The notes under the pieces are model-generated. The model made no database searches, was not told where the DNA came from, and was given only the letters and a program-made list of their open reading frames with translations. A program made the position numbers and the translations under genes. From Bacteroidota bacterium (GTDB lineage Bacteria; Bacteroidota; Bacteroidia; Flavobacteriales_D; Sanyastnellaceae), in the NCBI GenBank assembly GCA_046048875.1, contig JBJOFG010000014.1:110865-174864 (forward strand): a stretch of DNA of 64,000 nucleotides, written 5' to 3'. Shown here one piece after another: positions 35,648-45,670 of the stretch (positions are counted from its first letter, which is position 1; each line of letters opens with the position of its first letter).

Positions 35648-38600
35648 GTGAAAGAAGTTGTCCTCCGCCTCCTCTCAAGAGCCGTTTTCGTAATGGCCCT
35701 TTGTGTTTCAGGGTGGTTGGCCTGGGCCAACACTTCTGTTCAGACGCGCGTCATTGCCAAGTCTAATCACAATTTTATTTTTGCTCCAGATACTATTACT
35801 CCGATTTGGCCAAACGATGACAATCCTTTGCCAAATGAAGGTGGTGGGGGAATCGAAATTCCTCTTCCTAGTAATATTCATTATTCCGTGGAATTCAATC
35901 CAGAAACAGGGCGTTACGAAGTCATTCAAAAAGTTGGGGATAAGTTCGATTATCGTCGAGCTACAACCATGGAAATGGAAGATTTCCTGAACTTCCAATT
36001 AGATAAAAATGTCACCAAGTATTGGAATAAAATTAAAGACGACAAGTCGGCCGCCAACAAAGAATTCGCGCCAGTCATTAAAGTAGGTGGAGATAATTTC
36101 GAACATATTTTCGGGTCGAATGAAATTGAGATTCGCCCACAAGGTTCCGCAGAATTAACATTTGGTTTGAATTCGCAACGCACCGAAAACCCTCGTATTC
36201 CTGAGCGTCAGCGGAAGAATACCAATTTCAACTTTGATCAGAAAATTCAAATGAACGTCATTGGTAATATTGGTACCAAGATGAAGCTCAAGGTGAACTA
36301 CAACACCGAAAGCACATTTGAATTTGAGAACAACATGAAGGTGGAATACACCGGTGATGAAGATCAAATCATGCGCAAAATTGAATTGGGTACTGTTTCG
36401 CTGCCTTTAACGGGTACGCTCATGCCCGGTAGTTTGGGTTTATTTGGAGCGAAAGTGGAAACGCAATGGGGAAAGTTAAAGAATACAACCATTTTAACAC
36501 AACAAAAAGGGGAACGCAAAGAAATTACTGTTCAGGGCGGGGCGCAAACTACGCGATTCGATATTGCAGCAGACAATTACGAGGCAAATAGACACTATTT
36601 CCTTTCAGGATATTTTAGAGAGAATTATGATAATGCTCTTGCGGCTTTGCCCGTAGTCAATAGCGGAGCCAACATTACTCGAATTGAAGTTTGGGTCGTA
36701 AACCAGCAAGCGAACACTCAAGACGTAAGAAATATTTTAGCCTTTACAGATTTGGGAGAGAATTCTCAATACATGGCCTCTGATTACAACAACTCTTCTC
36801 TTATTAGCCCAGGTCAACTTCAGAATCCGGATAACGAGAACAATAACCTTTTCAATGTTGTCACGAATAATCAGAACATCTTAGATTTTTCAAACGCAAA
36901 TGCTGCAATAGCGGCATTGGGCTATGGGATGAGACAAGGTATTCACTACGAGCGCGTCGGAAATGCAAGAAAACTTACTCCTTCTGAATATACCTACAAC
37001 TCTCGTCTTGGATTTATTTCCTTGAAGCAGTCCTTGAATAATGCAGAGGTATTGGCAGTGTCATACGAATACACTTTGAACGGACAGACATACCAAGTAG
37101 GAACTCTTTCTCAAGATGGAGTAGCGGCTCCACAAGCGCTTATGTTGAAGATGTTGAAGTCTTCGATAACCTTGGTGAAACTTACCAATGGCGAGCCTTC
37201 TCCTTTGTGGGAGAACATGATGAAGAACGTATACAATCTAGAGTCTTTTGGTATCTCACCAGAAAACTTCAGGTTAGAAGTTTGGTACAACAACCCAGCA
37301 ACAGGGGTGAACATGAATTATATTCCGAGGGAACCACTCAGCGGGAAACTTTTGTTGCAAGTGATGAATCTCGATAGAATTGATGCTCAGCAAATGCCTG
37401 GAAGTGATGGTTTCTTCGATTTTGTTCCGAATGCTTCAACTGCTGGCGGATTGATTGACGCCTCCTCAGGACGCGTATTCTTTCCCGTTGTTGAACCCTT
37501 TGGTCAACACCTAGCAGATCAAATCTATGCAGGTCTAGGAAATACACCCCAAGCGGCTCAGGTAGTTTCACAAGTTGTCTTTCAAGCATTGTATGATTCC
37601 ACAAAAACCGCGGCGCAAATTGGATTTCCACAATTGAATCGATTCAGAATCAAGGGTGAATATCAAAGTGCTTCAGGATCTGAAATTTCTTTGAACGCGC
37701 TGAATATTCCACAAGGAGCTGTAACCGTTACTGCAGGTGGAATGAGACTTGTGGAAGGGACGGATTTTACCGTGAATTACAATCTCGGAAAAGTGACAAT
37801 CTTGAATGAGAGTATCATGAGTTCTGGACAGCCCATTAAGGTGTCGGTAGAAAGTAACTCCATGTTTAATCTTCAATATAAAACCTTGGTTGGAAGCCGA
37901 TTTGATTATAAGTTTTCTGAAAATCTTGCGATGGGTGCGACTTTCATGAACTTAAGAGAGCGTCCCCTGACTCAGAAGGTTAATGCTGGAGATGATCCCG
38001 TGAATAATGGCATGATTGGCTTCGACATGAATTTTCAAAAGGAAGTTCCAATCATAACGAAATGGATTGATCGAATTCCAGGAATACAGACGAAAGAGAA
38101 ATCAACAGTAACATTCAATTTAGAGGCCGCGAAAATTTTCCCAGGTCACTCGCGTGCAATTTCAAAAGATGGAAATGCCTATGTAGATGATTTTGAAGGA
38201 AGCCAAAGTGTTATTGATTTGCGTTCATTGAATCAGTGGTTTTTAGCTTCTACACCAAAGATGCAGTCTTCTCTTTTTCCTGAAGGTGACTTCGAAGATA
38301 GTTTGGTATATGGAGCCAATCGCGCGCAACTTTCGTGGTACATCATCGACCCGTTGTTTTACAGAAATAGTTCTTACACTCCGCCGAATATCACTGTTGA
38401 CATGCAGAGTGATCACCGCATGCGTGAAGTGTTGGAATCGGAAGTATTTCCAAACAGACAATTACCTGCCGGAACCCCTCCAAATATTACGTGTCTCGAT
38501 TTGACATACTATCCGGAAGAAAGGGGGATGTACAATTATGAATTACCGAATGGTTATTCGGGACGTTCAGCAGGGTTGAATGATGATGGTACTTTGAAAG

Positions 38601-41600
38601 ATCCATCGTCGAGATGGGGAGGTATTCAACGAGCGCTAACCACCACGGATTTCGAAACTTCAAACGTGCAGTTTATTCAGTTTTGGGTAATGGATCCATT
38701 CAATGAAGATTCTGAAAATACGCAAGGTGGAGATCTCTACTTCAATCTCGGAAATGTTTCTGAAGATGTCATGAACGACTCACACATGAGTTTTGAAAAC
38801 GGTTTTCCTTCGGCCAATAATGACCTTCCAATTGAACAAGGAACATGGGGTAATTATCCTTCACCAACAACGTTCAACGTCGTAAATGCATTCGATTACA
38901 CCTCTGGAAACTACGAGCAACAAGACATTGGTTTGGATGGTTTGAACTCTGTCGCTGAGCAAAGCTACTTTGCCAACTGGTTGCTACAGTTACAAGGATT
39001 TTTAACACCAGATGCTTATGCGAGATACCAGCAAGATCCATCGGCAGATAACTTCAACTACTTCAGAAGTTCACAAGCCGATGCCGCTGATTTGAATACT
39101 CTTGAGCGTTACAAGAACTTCAATCGCTACGAGGGAAATTCAAATACTAACACACCAGATGGCTACCCTATTGCGGCAACCACTATTCCAAATTCGGAGG
39201 ATATCAATCAAGACATCACTTTGAATACAATTGAGAGTTATTTTCAGTACAAGGTGAGCTTGAGACCAGGTGATTTAGGAGAAAGTAATTTAGGAAGAAA
39301 CTACATCACAGATACTTTTGTGACAACCAAGACCACAGCGAATAATGAAGAGCGTCAGATTCGTTGGTATCAATTCAAAATTCCGATTAAGGAATTTGAA
39401 AAGCGTGTTGGTAGTATTCCTGATTTTCGTTCAATTCGTTATATTCGAATGTTTTTAAAAGGTTGGGAAGAGCCAGTGACCTTACGTTTTGCACGTTTGG
39501 AATTGGTTCGTGGTGAATGGAGAAAATACGATTATACCTTGGCAGGTAACCAAGAACAAGAGATCAACGATGATCCAGAGACATCCTTCAGTATTGCCGC
39601 TGTAAATATTGAAGAGAATGGAAATCGTGAGCCAGTACCATATACGGTTCCCCCTGGAATTATTCGTGAGCAGGACGTCGCATCAGCGAACCTTCGAAAC
39701 TTAAATGAGCAGTCATTGTCGTTGAGTGTTTGCAATTTGAAAGACGGTGATGCACGCGCAACTTACAGAAATGTTAATTATGATTTACGCCAATACAAGC
39801 GCTTACGAATGTTTGCACACGCAGAGGCTGCAGGAATTCAATCTGAATTAAAAGACAATGATGTTTCCGTTTTCATTCGTTTGGGTTCAGACTTCGATCA
39901 GAACTACTACGAATACGAAGTACCCATGAGTGTTACACCTTGGTATACGAACAACGACGATGAGATTTGGCCTGCTGAAAATAATTTCGATATAAAACTC
40001 TCAGATCTTCAAAATCTTAAGATAAATCGTCCTTCAACAACCTCGGTGTTGTCTGTGGTTGATACAATTTTAGACAATAACATTCACCTCTCTGTGAAGG
40101 GAAATCCAAACTTAGCGAATATCACCACCCTGATGATTGGTATTCGAAATCCTGATAAAGACAGCAATCCTTTCGGTGTGGCAGATGACGGAAAGGGCAA
40201 ATGCGCAATTGTTTGGGTGAATGAATTACGACTTTCAGAATTCGACGAGAAATCTGGTTCCGCGGCAATCGCCCGATTGAACGCACAGTTGGCCGATTTC
40301 GGAAACATAGCTGTATCCGGAAACATCAGCACTCCAGGTTGGGGCGCCATTGAACAACGCGTTCAGCAAAGACAACAAGAAACAAAAATGGGACTCGACG
40401 CGAGTAGCACGCTACAGCTAGGTAAGTTCTTCCCAAAGGATTGGGGCGTGCAATTGCCAATGTATTTAGGTTTCTCTGAAAACGTTCAAACACCACGCTA
40501 CAGCCCGCTTCAACCGGACATTCAAATGACCGATCTGCCATCGTTGAACAAGCCTTTGAAGCAAAAGTCTCAGACGTATACGAAGAGACGCAGTATCAAC
40601 TTTACAAATGTGAAAATTGCACCGAAGAAAGATGCTGCAGCTGATAAAGGTGTTGGTTTACCTGGGGCCGACGATAAAGGAAAGCCAGGAACGCAAGCTG
40701 CACCTACCAATACAGACAAACCAAAGTTTTATGGTGTAGATAATTTCTCGGTATCATATGCATACAACGAGACCTATTTCAGAGACATTAATACTGATTG
40801 GCGTTTGCAAAAACAATATCAAGGTGCCTTCGACTACAACTTCACGAATAAGCCAAAAGAGTTTAAGCCTCTTGCTAATTTGCCAGTCATCAAAACTTCG
40901 AAATATTTGAAGTGGTTGAAAGAATTTAACTTCTATGCAGGTATCAAGCAGATGAGTTTCAGAACAGAGATGAATCGCTCATACGAGACTAGTCGTATCC
41001 GTAACAACTCACTTGAATTGACAGGTGTTTATAGCGATATGCTTATTCAAACGCAAGCACAAAAAAATTGGAATTGGACAAGGAACTACACGATGAAGTA
41101 TGACTTGACCAAGAATCTGAAAACAGATTTCACTGCAAGTAACATTGCATTAGTGGGTGAACCTCGCGGTGTAATTAATAAGAACGATGTCGATTGGTAT
41201 GAGTCTTACAAAGATTCAGTTTGGAATAACATTCAGAATTTCGGAGAAACGACCACGTACAATCACAACGTTGGTGTGACCTACAAACTTCCTTTGGATA
41301 AGTTTCCTCTTTTGAATTTCATGAGTGCAGACGCTCGATACGGTGGAACTTTCAGATGGGATCGCGCACCATTTACGCAAGATACTTTGGGTAACACAAT
41401 CCAAAATAGCAGACAAATTCAACTAAATGCCCAAGGCAATTTCGAAACGCTGTATAACAATGTCCCGCGTTTGAAGCAAGCTTTAACCGGTAAGAAACCA
41501 GCTACTGGAAAAACAGCGCCTGGCAAGAAAGACGACCCATCGAAGAAGGATGGATTTGGTGATGATTTAACAAAAAAGGACAAAAAGGAAAAAGTAGATC

Positions 41601-43069
41601 CATTGGATGTTGCACTTCGCTTCTTAATGATGGTGCGCACCGTGAATGGAAGCTATACAAAAAATGAGGGCTTGCTGCTTCCGGGATACGCTAATACAAC
41701 GAGCATACTGGGATTCGATAATCAGTTTGATGGACCGGGAATTGGTTTCCTTGTTGGACAGCAAAACACCGATTTAATGGGAAATCCGACTGGACGTAAT
41801 TTCGCAACAGACGCAGCAAGTAACGATTGGTTGGTTCAACGTCAGTCCTTGAATATCCAATACAACGAGACGTTCACAGAGACATGGAATGCTAAAATGA
41901 ATTTAGAACCATTCCGTTATTTCAAAGTTGAACTATCTGCAACACGACAAGAAGGAAGAAACTACAATTCGTTCTTCCGTTATGATCCAACGATCGATGA
42001 TTACGCGTTTCAGTCGCCTATGGAGACAGGAAACTTCTCTGCCTCAATAATTACATGGAATACAGCCTTCATCAAAGATGATAAAGAGAATAATTATTCA
42101 AGTCCAATCTTCGACCAGTTATTGGCGAATAGAACTGAAATTTCAAGTCGTTGGAATGACGAGACCTATCAACTCGCTAATCCGAATGACTCGGGTTATT
42201 ACGAAGGATTTGGTTCGCTCTCTCAAAATGTTATTATTCCTTCGTTTGTCGCGGCATACACAGGCAGGTCTGTTGATGAGGTAGCGCTGAATCCTTTCGC
42301 AACTAGAGCACAGCCTAACTGGAAAATCACTTATGATGGTTTAACAAAACTACCTGCAGTTAAAAAGTACTTCAAACAATTCAATGTCACACACAACTAC
42401 CGCTCAACTGCAACCGCTTCATACGTTTCGAATTTGAAATATGAAGAATTCAACAATTTACCTTCTGCAATTGACCAAAGTCCCCAACAGAACTATATTT
42501 CACAACATCAAATAGGAACAGTTACTCTTACAGAATCTATGTCGCCACTAGTTGGTTTCGACATGACTTTAAAGACCAAGAAGGTGAACGACCCTTTGAT
42601 TAAAGTAGAATACAAGCGCGACCGAACCATTGCACTTGGTATGGCGAACTATCAAATTACAGAAACGAAAAGTAACAGCTTTGTCATTGGATTGGGATAT
42701 AAAATTACTGAAGTGCCAAATCCGTTTGGACGAAAGAAGGGAAGTAAATTGCCGGTTAAGCTCTTAGATAAATCTACCTTGAACCTACGCGTTGACTTCA
42801 CAATTCGTGAGAATTTTACCTTGATTCGAAAAATTGAAGAGCAACAAAATCAAGTCACTGCAGGACAGACATTGTTCAGCGTTAAGTCTAGCGCGGATAT
42901 GGCCATAAGCGATAAGTTAACCCTTCGTTTCTTCTATGACCATCAAATTAACAAGCCAGCAATTTCAACGAGTTTCCAAACTTCGAATGTTACTACAGGT
43001 TTGGCAATTCGTTTTACATTGAATGGATCGGGCGGTTCTAATACTGCACAGCCACAAGGTGGACAATAG
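35648..43069 (+). CDS. sprA: T9SS outer-membrane translocon SprA (Sov)
   Basis: 2473 aa, the size and composition of the giant SprA barrel. GTG start 4 nt after the ruvA stop. Recognised by length, N-terminal signal sequence, beta-rich sequence and the T9SS gene context. Confidence 0.9.
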   Translation: MKEVVLRLLSRAVFVMALCVSGWLAWANTSVQTRVIAKSNHNFIFAPDTITPIWPNDDNPLPNEGGGGIEIPLPSNIHYSVEFNPETGRYEVIQKVGDKFDYRRATTMEMEDFLNFQLDKNVTKYWNKIKDDKSAANKEFAPVIKVGGDNFEHIFGSNEIEIRPQGSAELTFGLNSQRTENPRIPERQRKNTNFNFDQKIQMNVIGNIGTKMKLKVNYNTESTFEFENNMKVEYTGDEDQIMRKIELGTVSLPLTGTLMPGSLGLFGAKVETQWGKLKNTTILTQQKGERKEITVQGGAQTTRFDIAADNYEANRHYFLSGYFRENYDNALAALPVVNSGANITRIEVWVVNQQANTQDVRNILAFTDLGENSQYMASDYNNSSLISPGQLQNPDNENNNLFNVVTNNQNILDFSNANAAIAALGYGMRQGIHYERVGNARKLTPSEYTYNSRLGFISLKQSLNNAEVLAVSYEYTLNGQTYQVGTLSQDGVAAPQALMLKMLKSSITLVKLTNGEPSPLWENMMKNVYNLESFGISPENFRLEVWYNNPATGVNMNYIPREPLSGKLLLQVMNLDRIDAQQMPGSDGFFDFVPNASTAGGLIDASSGRVFFPVVEPFGQHLADQIYAGLGNTPQAAQVVSQVVFQALYDSTKTAAQIGFPQLNRFRIKGEYQSASGSEISLNALNIPQGAVTVTAGGMRLVEGTDFTVNYNLGKVTILNESIMSSGQPIKVSVESNSMFNLQYKTLVGSRFDYKFSENLAMGATFMNLRERPLTQKVNAGDDPVNNGMIGFDMNFQKEVPIITKWIDRIPGIQTKEKSTVTFNLEAAKIFPGHSRAISKDGNAYVDDFEGSQSVIDLRSLNQWFLASTPKMQSSLFPEGDFEDSLVYGANRAQLSWYIIDPLFYRNSSYTPPNITVDMQSDHRMREVLESEVFPNRQLPAGTPPNITCLDLTYYPEERGMYNYELPNGYSGRSAGLNDDGTLKDPSSRWGGIQRALTTTDFETSNVQFIQFWVMDPFNEDSENTQGGDLYFNLGNVSEDVMNDSHMSFENGFPSANNDLPIEQGTWGNYPSPTTFNVVNAFDYTSGNYEQQDIGLDGLNSVAEQSYFANWLLQLQGFLTPDAYARYQQDPSADNFNYFRSSQADAADLNTLERYKNFNRYEGNSNTNTPDGYPIAATTIPNSEDINQDITLNTIESYFQYKVSLRPGDLGESNLGRNYITDTFVTTKTTANNEERQIRWYQFKIPIKEFEKRVGSIPDFRSIRYIRMFLKGWEEPVTLRFARLELVRGEWRKYDYTLAGNQEQEINDDPETSFSIAAVNIEENGNREPVPYTVPPGIIREQDVASANLRNLNEQSLSLSVCNLKDGDARATYRNVNYDLRQYKRLRMFAHAEAAGIQSELKDNDVSVFIRLGSDFDQNYYEYEVPMSVTPWYTNNDDEIWPAENNFDIKLSDLQNLKINRPSTTSVLSVVDTILDNNIHLSVKGNPNLANITTLMIGIRNPDKDSNPFGVADDGKGKCAIVWVNELRLSEFDEKSGSAAIARLNAQLADFGNIAVSGNISTPGWGAIEQRVQQRQQETKMGLDASSTLQLGKFFPKDWGVQLPMYLGFSENVQTPRYSPLQPDIQMTDLPSLNKPLKQKSQTYTKRRSINFTNVKIAPKKDAAADKGVGLPGADDKGKPGTQAAPTNTDKPKFYGVDNFSVSYAYNETYFRDINTDWRLQKQYQGAFDYNFTNKPKEFKPLANLPVIKTSKYLKWLKEFNFYAGIKQMSFRTEMNRSYETSRIRNNSLELTGVYSDMLIQTQAQKNWNWTRNYTMKYDLTKNLKTDFTASNIALVGEPRGVINKNDVDWYESYKDSVWNNIQNFGETTTYNHNVGVTYKLPLDKFPLLNFMSADARYGGTFRWDRAPFTQDTLGNTIQNSRQIQLNAQGNFETLYNNVPRLKQALTGKKPATGKTAPGKKDDPSKKDGFGDDLTKKDKKEKVDPLDVALRFLMMVRTVNGSYTKNEGLLLPGYANTTSILGFDNQFDGPGIGFLVGQQNTDLMGNPTGRNFATDAASNDWLVQRQSLNIQYNETFTETWNAKMNLEPFRYFKVELSATRQEGRNYNSFFRYDPTIDDYAFQSPMETGNFSASIITWNTAFIKDDKENNYSSPIFDQLLANRTEISSRWNDETYQLANPNDSGYYEGFGSLSQNVIIPSFVAAYTGRSVDEVALNPFATRAQPNWKITYDGLTKLPAVKKYFKQFNVTHNYRSTATASYVSNLKYEEFNNLPSAIDQSPQQNYISQHQIGTVTLTESMSPLVGFDMTLKTKKVNDPLIKVEYKRDRTIALGMANYQITETKSNSFVIGLGYKITEVPNPFGRKKGSKLPVKLLDKSTLNLRVDFTIRENFTLIRKIEEQQNQVTAGQTLFSVKSSADMAISDKLTLRFFYDHQINKPAISTSFQTSNVTTGLAIRFTLNGSGGSNTAQPQGGQ

Positions 43070-43105
43070 TTTGAGTTTGCTCTTTGATGCTAAACTTTTC
43101 CTCTT

Positions 43106-43909
43106 TTGCAGGCGCTCAACATTAAATTTGTGTTAAGTTCGTATGATAATTTCATTTTGAGTTCCATCGAGCAAATAATACAACAGTTCACACCCATTTC
43201 TTTGAAGGAAATGGATGGTGTTGAATTGATGAATCGCACAGATACTAAATTTGTAGTGTCACTCGATAATCTGCTTTCAATTCTTGATGAAGTAAGAGAA
43301 ACCTATAAGATTCTTGAAGTGAATGGTGTTCGTTTCAGTCATTACGAAACCTTGTACTACGACACGAAAGAGTTTCTCTTCTATACCCGTCACCACAATG
43401 GCAAGAAGAATCGCTGGAAAATAAGGAAGCGTTCATATGTCGATAGTCACTTGAATTTTTTAGAGTTAAAGTTCAAGACGAACCGTGGTAGAACTCAAAA
43501 ACAGCGGACGAAAATCCCGAGCATTGGTGTTGAAATCAACGCAGAAGAGGAGAATTTCATTGGCCGGAAATCAGGAATTGATTTTCGGTTGCTTCCACAA
43601 GTAAAGAATAACTTCACGAGACTAACGCTCGTTCAACCCTCTTTGCCAGAGCGAATTACAATAGATTTAGAACTTTCATTCGAATGGAATGACCAACATA
43701 AAGATTTGAAGCAAATCGTTATTGTTGAAGTGAAGCAAGAGAATAGAAACCGACTTTCACCTTTTGTTCAGGCGCTAAAGAAAAGACATGTTCGCGAAGA
43801 GAGTATCAGCAAATATTGCTTGGGTGTTGCTATGCTCGTTCCTTTCGTAAAAAAGAACAATTTCAAAGAAAAGTTAATTAAAGTCAGTAAATTAGAATCA
43901 ATAAAGTAA
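43106..43909 (+). CDS. VTC-domain (polyphosphate polymerase-like, CYTH tunnel fold) protein
   Basis: 267 aa. PISLKEM..VELMNRTDTKFV, YYDT, RWKIRKRSY, LELKFK and VIVEVKQE basic-strand motifs are typical of bacterial VTC-domain proteins. TTG start is uncertain. Confidence 0.6.
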   Translation: MQALNIKFVLSSYDNFILSSIEQIIQQFTPISLKEMDGVELMNRTDTKFVVSLDNLLSILDEVRETYKILEVNGVRFSHYETLYYDTKEFLFYTRHHNGKKNRWKIRKRSYVDSHLNFLELKFKTNRGRTQKQRTKIPSIGVEINAEEENFIGRKSGIDFRLLPQVKNNFTRLTLVQPSLPERITIDLELSFEWNDQHKDLKQIVIVEVKQENRNRLSPFVQALKKRHVREESISKYCLGVAMLVPFVKKNNFKEKLIKVSKLESIK

Positions 43910-43915
43910 TAAAGT

Positions 43916-44608
43916 ATGTTAGATACCTTCAATGCAATTTTCATGCAGTCAGATTTTGATCCAATGGGTGGAATGAAATTCATTCACCTTGAAGATTTTC
44001 TTGGTTTAATCATTCGCTTGTCTGTGCACATGCTGTTTGTGCTTTTATTGGTTCGCGTCATCTACTATCCTATTGCTAAAAGAAAGGATTTCCTATTTAC
44101 CTATTTGCTTTTCAGTCTAACCATTTTCCTCATGTGTTTCATGCTAGAAAGTGTGAAACTTCAAATGGGTTTTGCTCTGGGATTGTTCGCGGTATTCGGA
44201 ATTATACGCTACAGAACAGACGCTATTCCAATTAAAGAAATGACATACTTATTCGTTGTAATTGGAATGTCCGTGATGAACGCGCTAATCAATAAGAAAA
44301 TTTCTTTGGTCGAATTGTCATTCGCTAACCTCGTTATCATTGGTGCAACATACGGTCTAGAGCGTGTATGGTTGTTGCGTCATGAAGCACAGAAAATTAT
44401 CGTATATGAAAACATCGATTTAATTAAAGTTGGAAGAGAAGAGGAGATGAAGGCAGATATCGAAGCAAGAACGGGCATTAAAGTGAACCGCTTCGAAATC
44501 GGAAAAATTGATTTTCTTCGCGACACTGCGTTGATTAAAATTTACTTCTTCGAAGACGAGCAAGGAAATCAAATGGATGACTCCTTCTCAGGTAACATTA
44601 ACGCTTAA
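43916..44608 (+). CDS. DUF4956-like membrane protein (usual partner of bacterial VTC-domain proteins)
   Basis: 230 aa. Four or five TM helices plus a soluble C-terminal domain. Starts 7 nt after the VTC gene. Confidence 0.55.
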   Translation: MLDTFNAIFMQSDFDPMGGMKFIHLEDFLGLIIRLSVHMLFVLLLVRVIYYPIAKRKDFLFTYLLFSLTIFLMCFMLESVKLQMGFALGLFAVFGIIRYRTDAIPIKEMTYLFVVIGMSVMNALINKKISLVELSFANLVIIGATYGLERVWLLRHEAQKIIVYENIDLIKVGREEEMKADIEARTGIKVNRFEIGKIDFLRDTALIKIYFFEDEQGNQMDDSFSGNINA

Positions 44609-44613
44609 GTAAT

Positions 44614-45666
44614 TTACTTAAACATATTCCAGCGCAATACGTCGTCTTCAGCGATGTCTTGCGCTGTTTGTTTTCCGACCAATTGTGAAATGTCCTTGGG
44701 TGAAATACCACTCGCTGGACGCTTCCATGTAAGGTCTTCAAAAGTCACAGTGTGACCCGCTTTCATTGCTCTTGCTGCGACTAAACTTCTTCTCGCATTT
44801 GCACGTGCAGGTGCTTCGTCTTCAATCGCGGTCAATTCGAATCCACCAAGCAGTTCAAGTGTTCGATCCATACGTGAATGGAAAACTTTTAAATCATCTT
44901 TGTCCATTGCATGGTAATGATCATTGCCGGGAAGAGATTTATCGTGCGTGAAGTGCTTTTCCAATACGGCAGCTCCCAACAACGTTGCAGCTTCAAGGGT
45001 GTGCATATCCTTGGGTAAAGTGTGATCACTGTAACCAGGAACGGCTTGCGGAAAAGATGAAATCAGATCTTTAATCATTCCCAAATGCGCGTTAGGATCT
45101 GGTGTTGGGTAATTCAACACACAATGCATCAGACACAATTTGTTCCCGTATTTTTCAATGGTTTCTACTGCTTGCTGAACTTCCCATTTGTAAGAAGCTC
45201 CAGTACTCAAAATAATGGGTTTCCCGAATTTACATTGATGTTCAATGAAGGGAAGGTTCGTGATATCTGAACTTGAAATTTTATAAACGTTCATCAGATC
45301 ATTCAAGAAATTTGCGCTCTCAACATCAAAGGCCGTGCTCATGAATTCTATGCCCACCTCTTCGCAATAGCGAGCCAATTGCTCAAACTCTGTCTTCCAA
45401 AATTTGTCGTACTTCTTGAACAATTCAAACTGACTGCGCGTAGGCTCTTTCGTGATGTCCCAGTAGTAAGGACTGTCCTTACTGGCGATAGTTTCAGCTT
45501 TGTATGTTTGAAATTTTATAGCATTAGCGCCACCTTCAGCAGCTTCGTCAATGAGTCTTTTTGCAAGGTCCATAGAACCCTCGTGATTTACACCGGCTTC
45601 GGCAATAACGAAAGGTCGAACAATTTTTTTTGAATCGTAATTCTGAAGAAACTCGGTTAAGCTCAT
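44614..45666 (-). CDS. N-acetylneuraminate synthase family protein (NeuB/PseI/LegI-like, with C-terminal SAF domain)
   Basis: 350 aa. IAEAGVNHEGS, AIKFQTYKA, STGAS, HCVLNYPTP, YSDHT and EKHFT motifs align with NeuB. SAF-like C-terminus. Confidence 0.85.
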   Translation of the reverse strand: MSLTEFLQNYDSKKIVRPFVIAEAGVNHEGSMDLAKRLIDEAAEGGANAIKFQTYKAETIASKDSPYYWDITKEPTRSQFELFKKYDKFWKTEFEQLARYCEEVGIEFMSTAFDVESANFLNDLMNVYKISSSDITNLPFIEHQCKFGKPIILSTGASYKWEVQQAVETIEKYGNKLCLMHCVLNYPTPDPNAHLGMIKDLISSFPQAVPGYSDHTLPKDMHTLEAATLLGAAVLEKHFTHDKSLPGNDHYHAMDKDDLKVFHSRMDRTLELLGGFELTAIEDEAPARANARRSLVAARAMKAGHTVTFEDLTWKRPASGISPKDISQLVGKQTAQDIAEDDVLRWNMFK

Positions 45667-45670
45667 AGTC

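Noticed and set aside
35648-43069. The 2473-aa ORF as a giant adhesin, polymorphic toxin or mobile-element protein
   Set aside because: Its length, beta-rich composition without long tandem Ig repeats, and the T9SS gene context fit the SprA translocon. No toxin, RHS or adhesin repeat signatures were seen.
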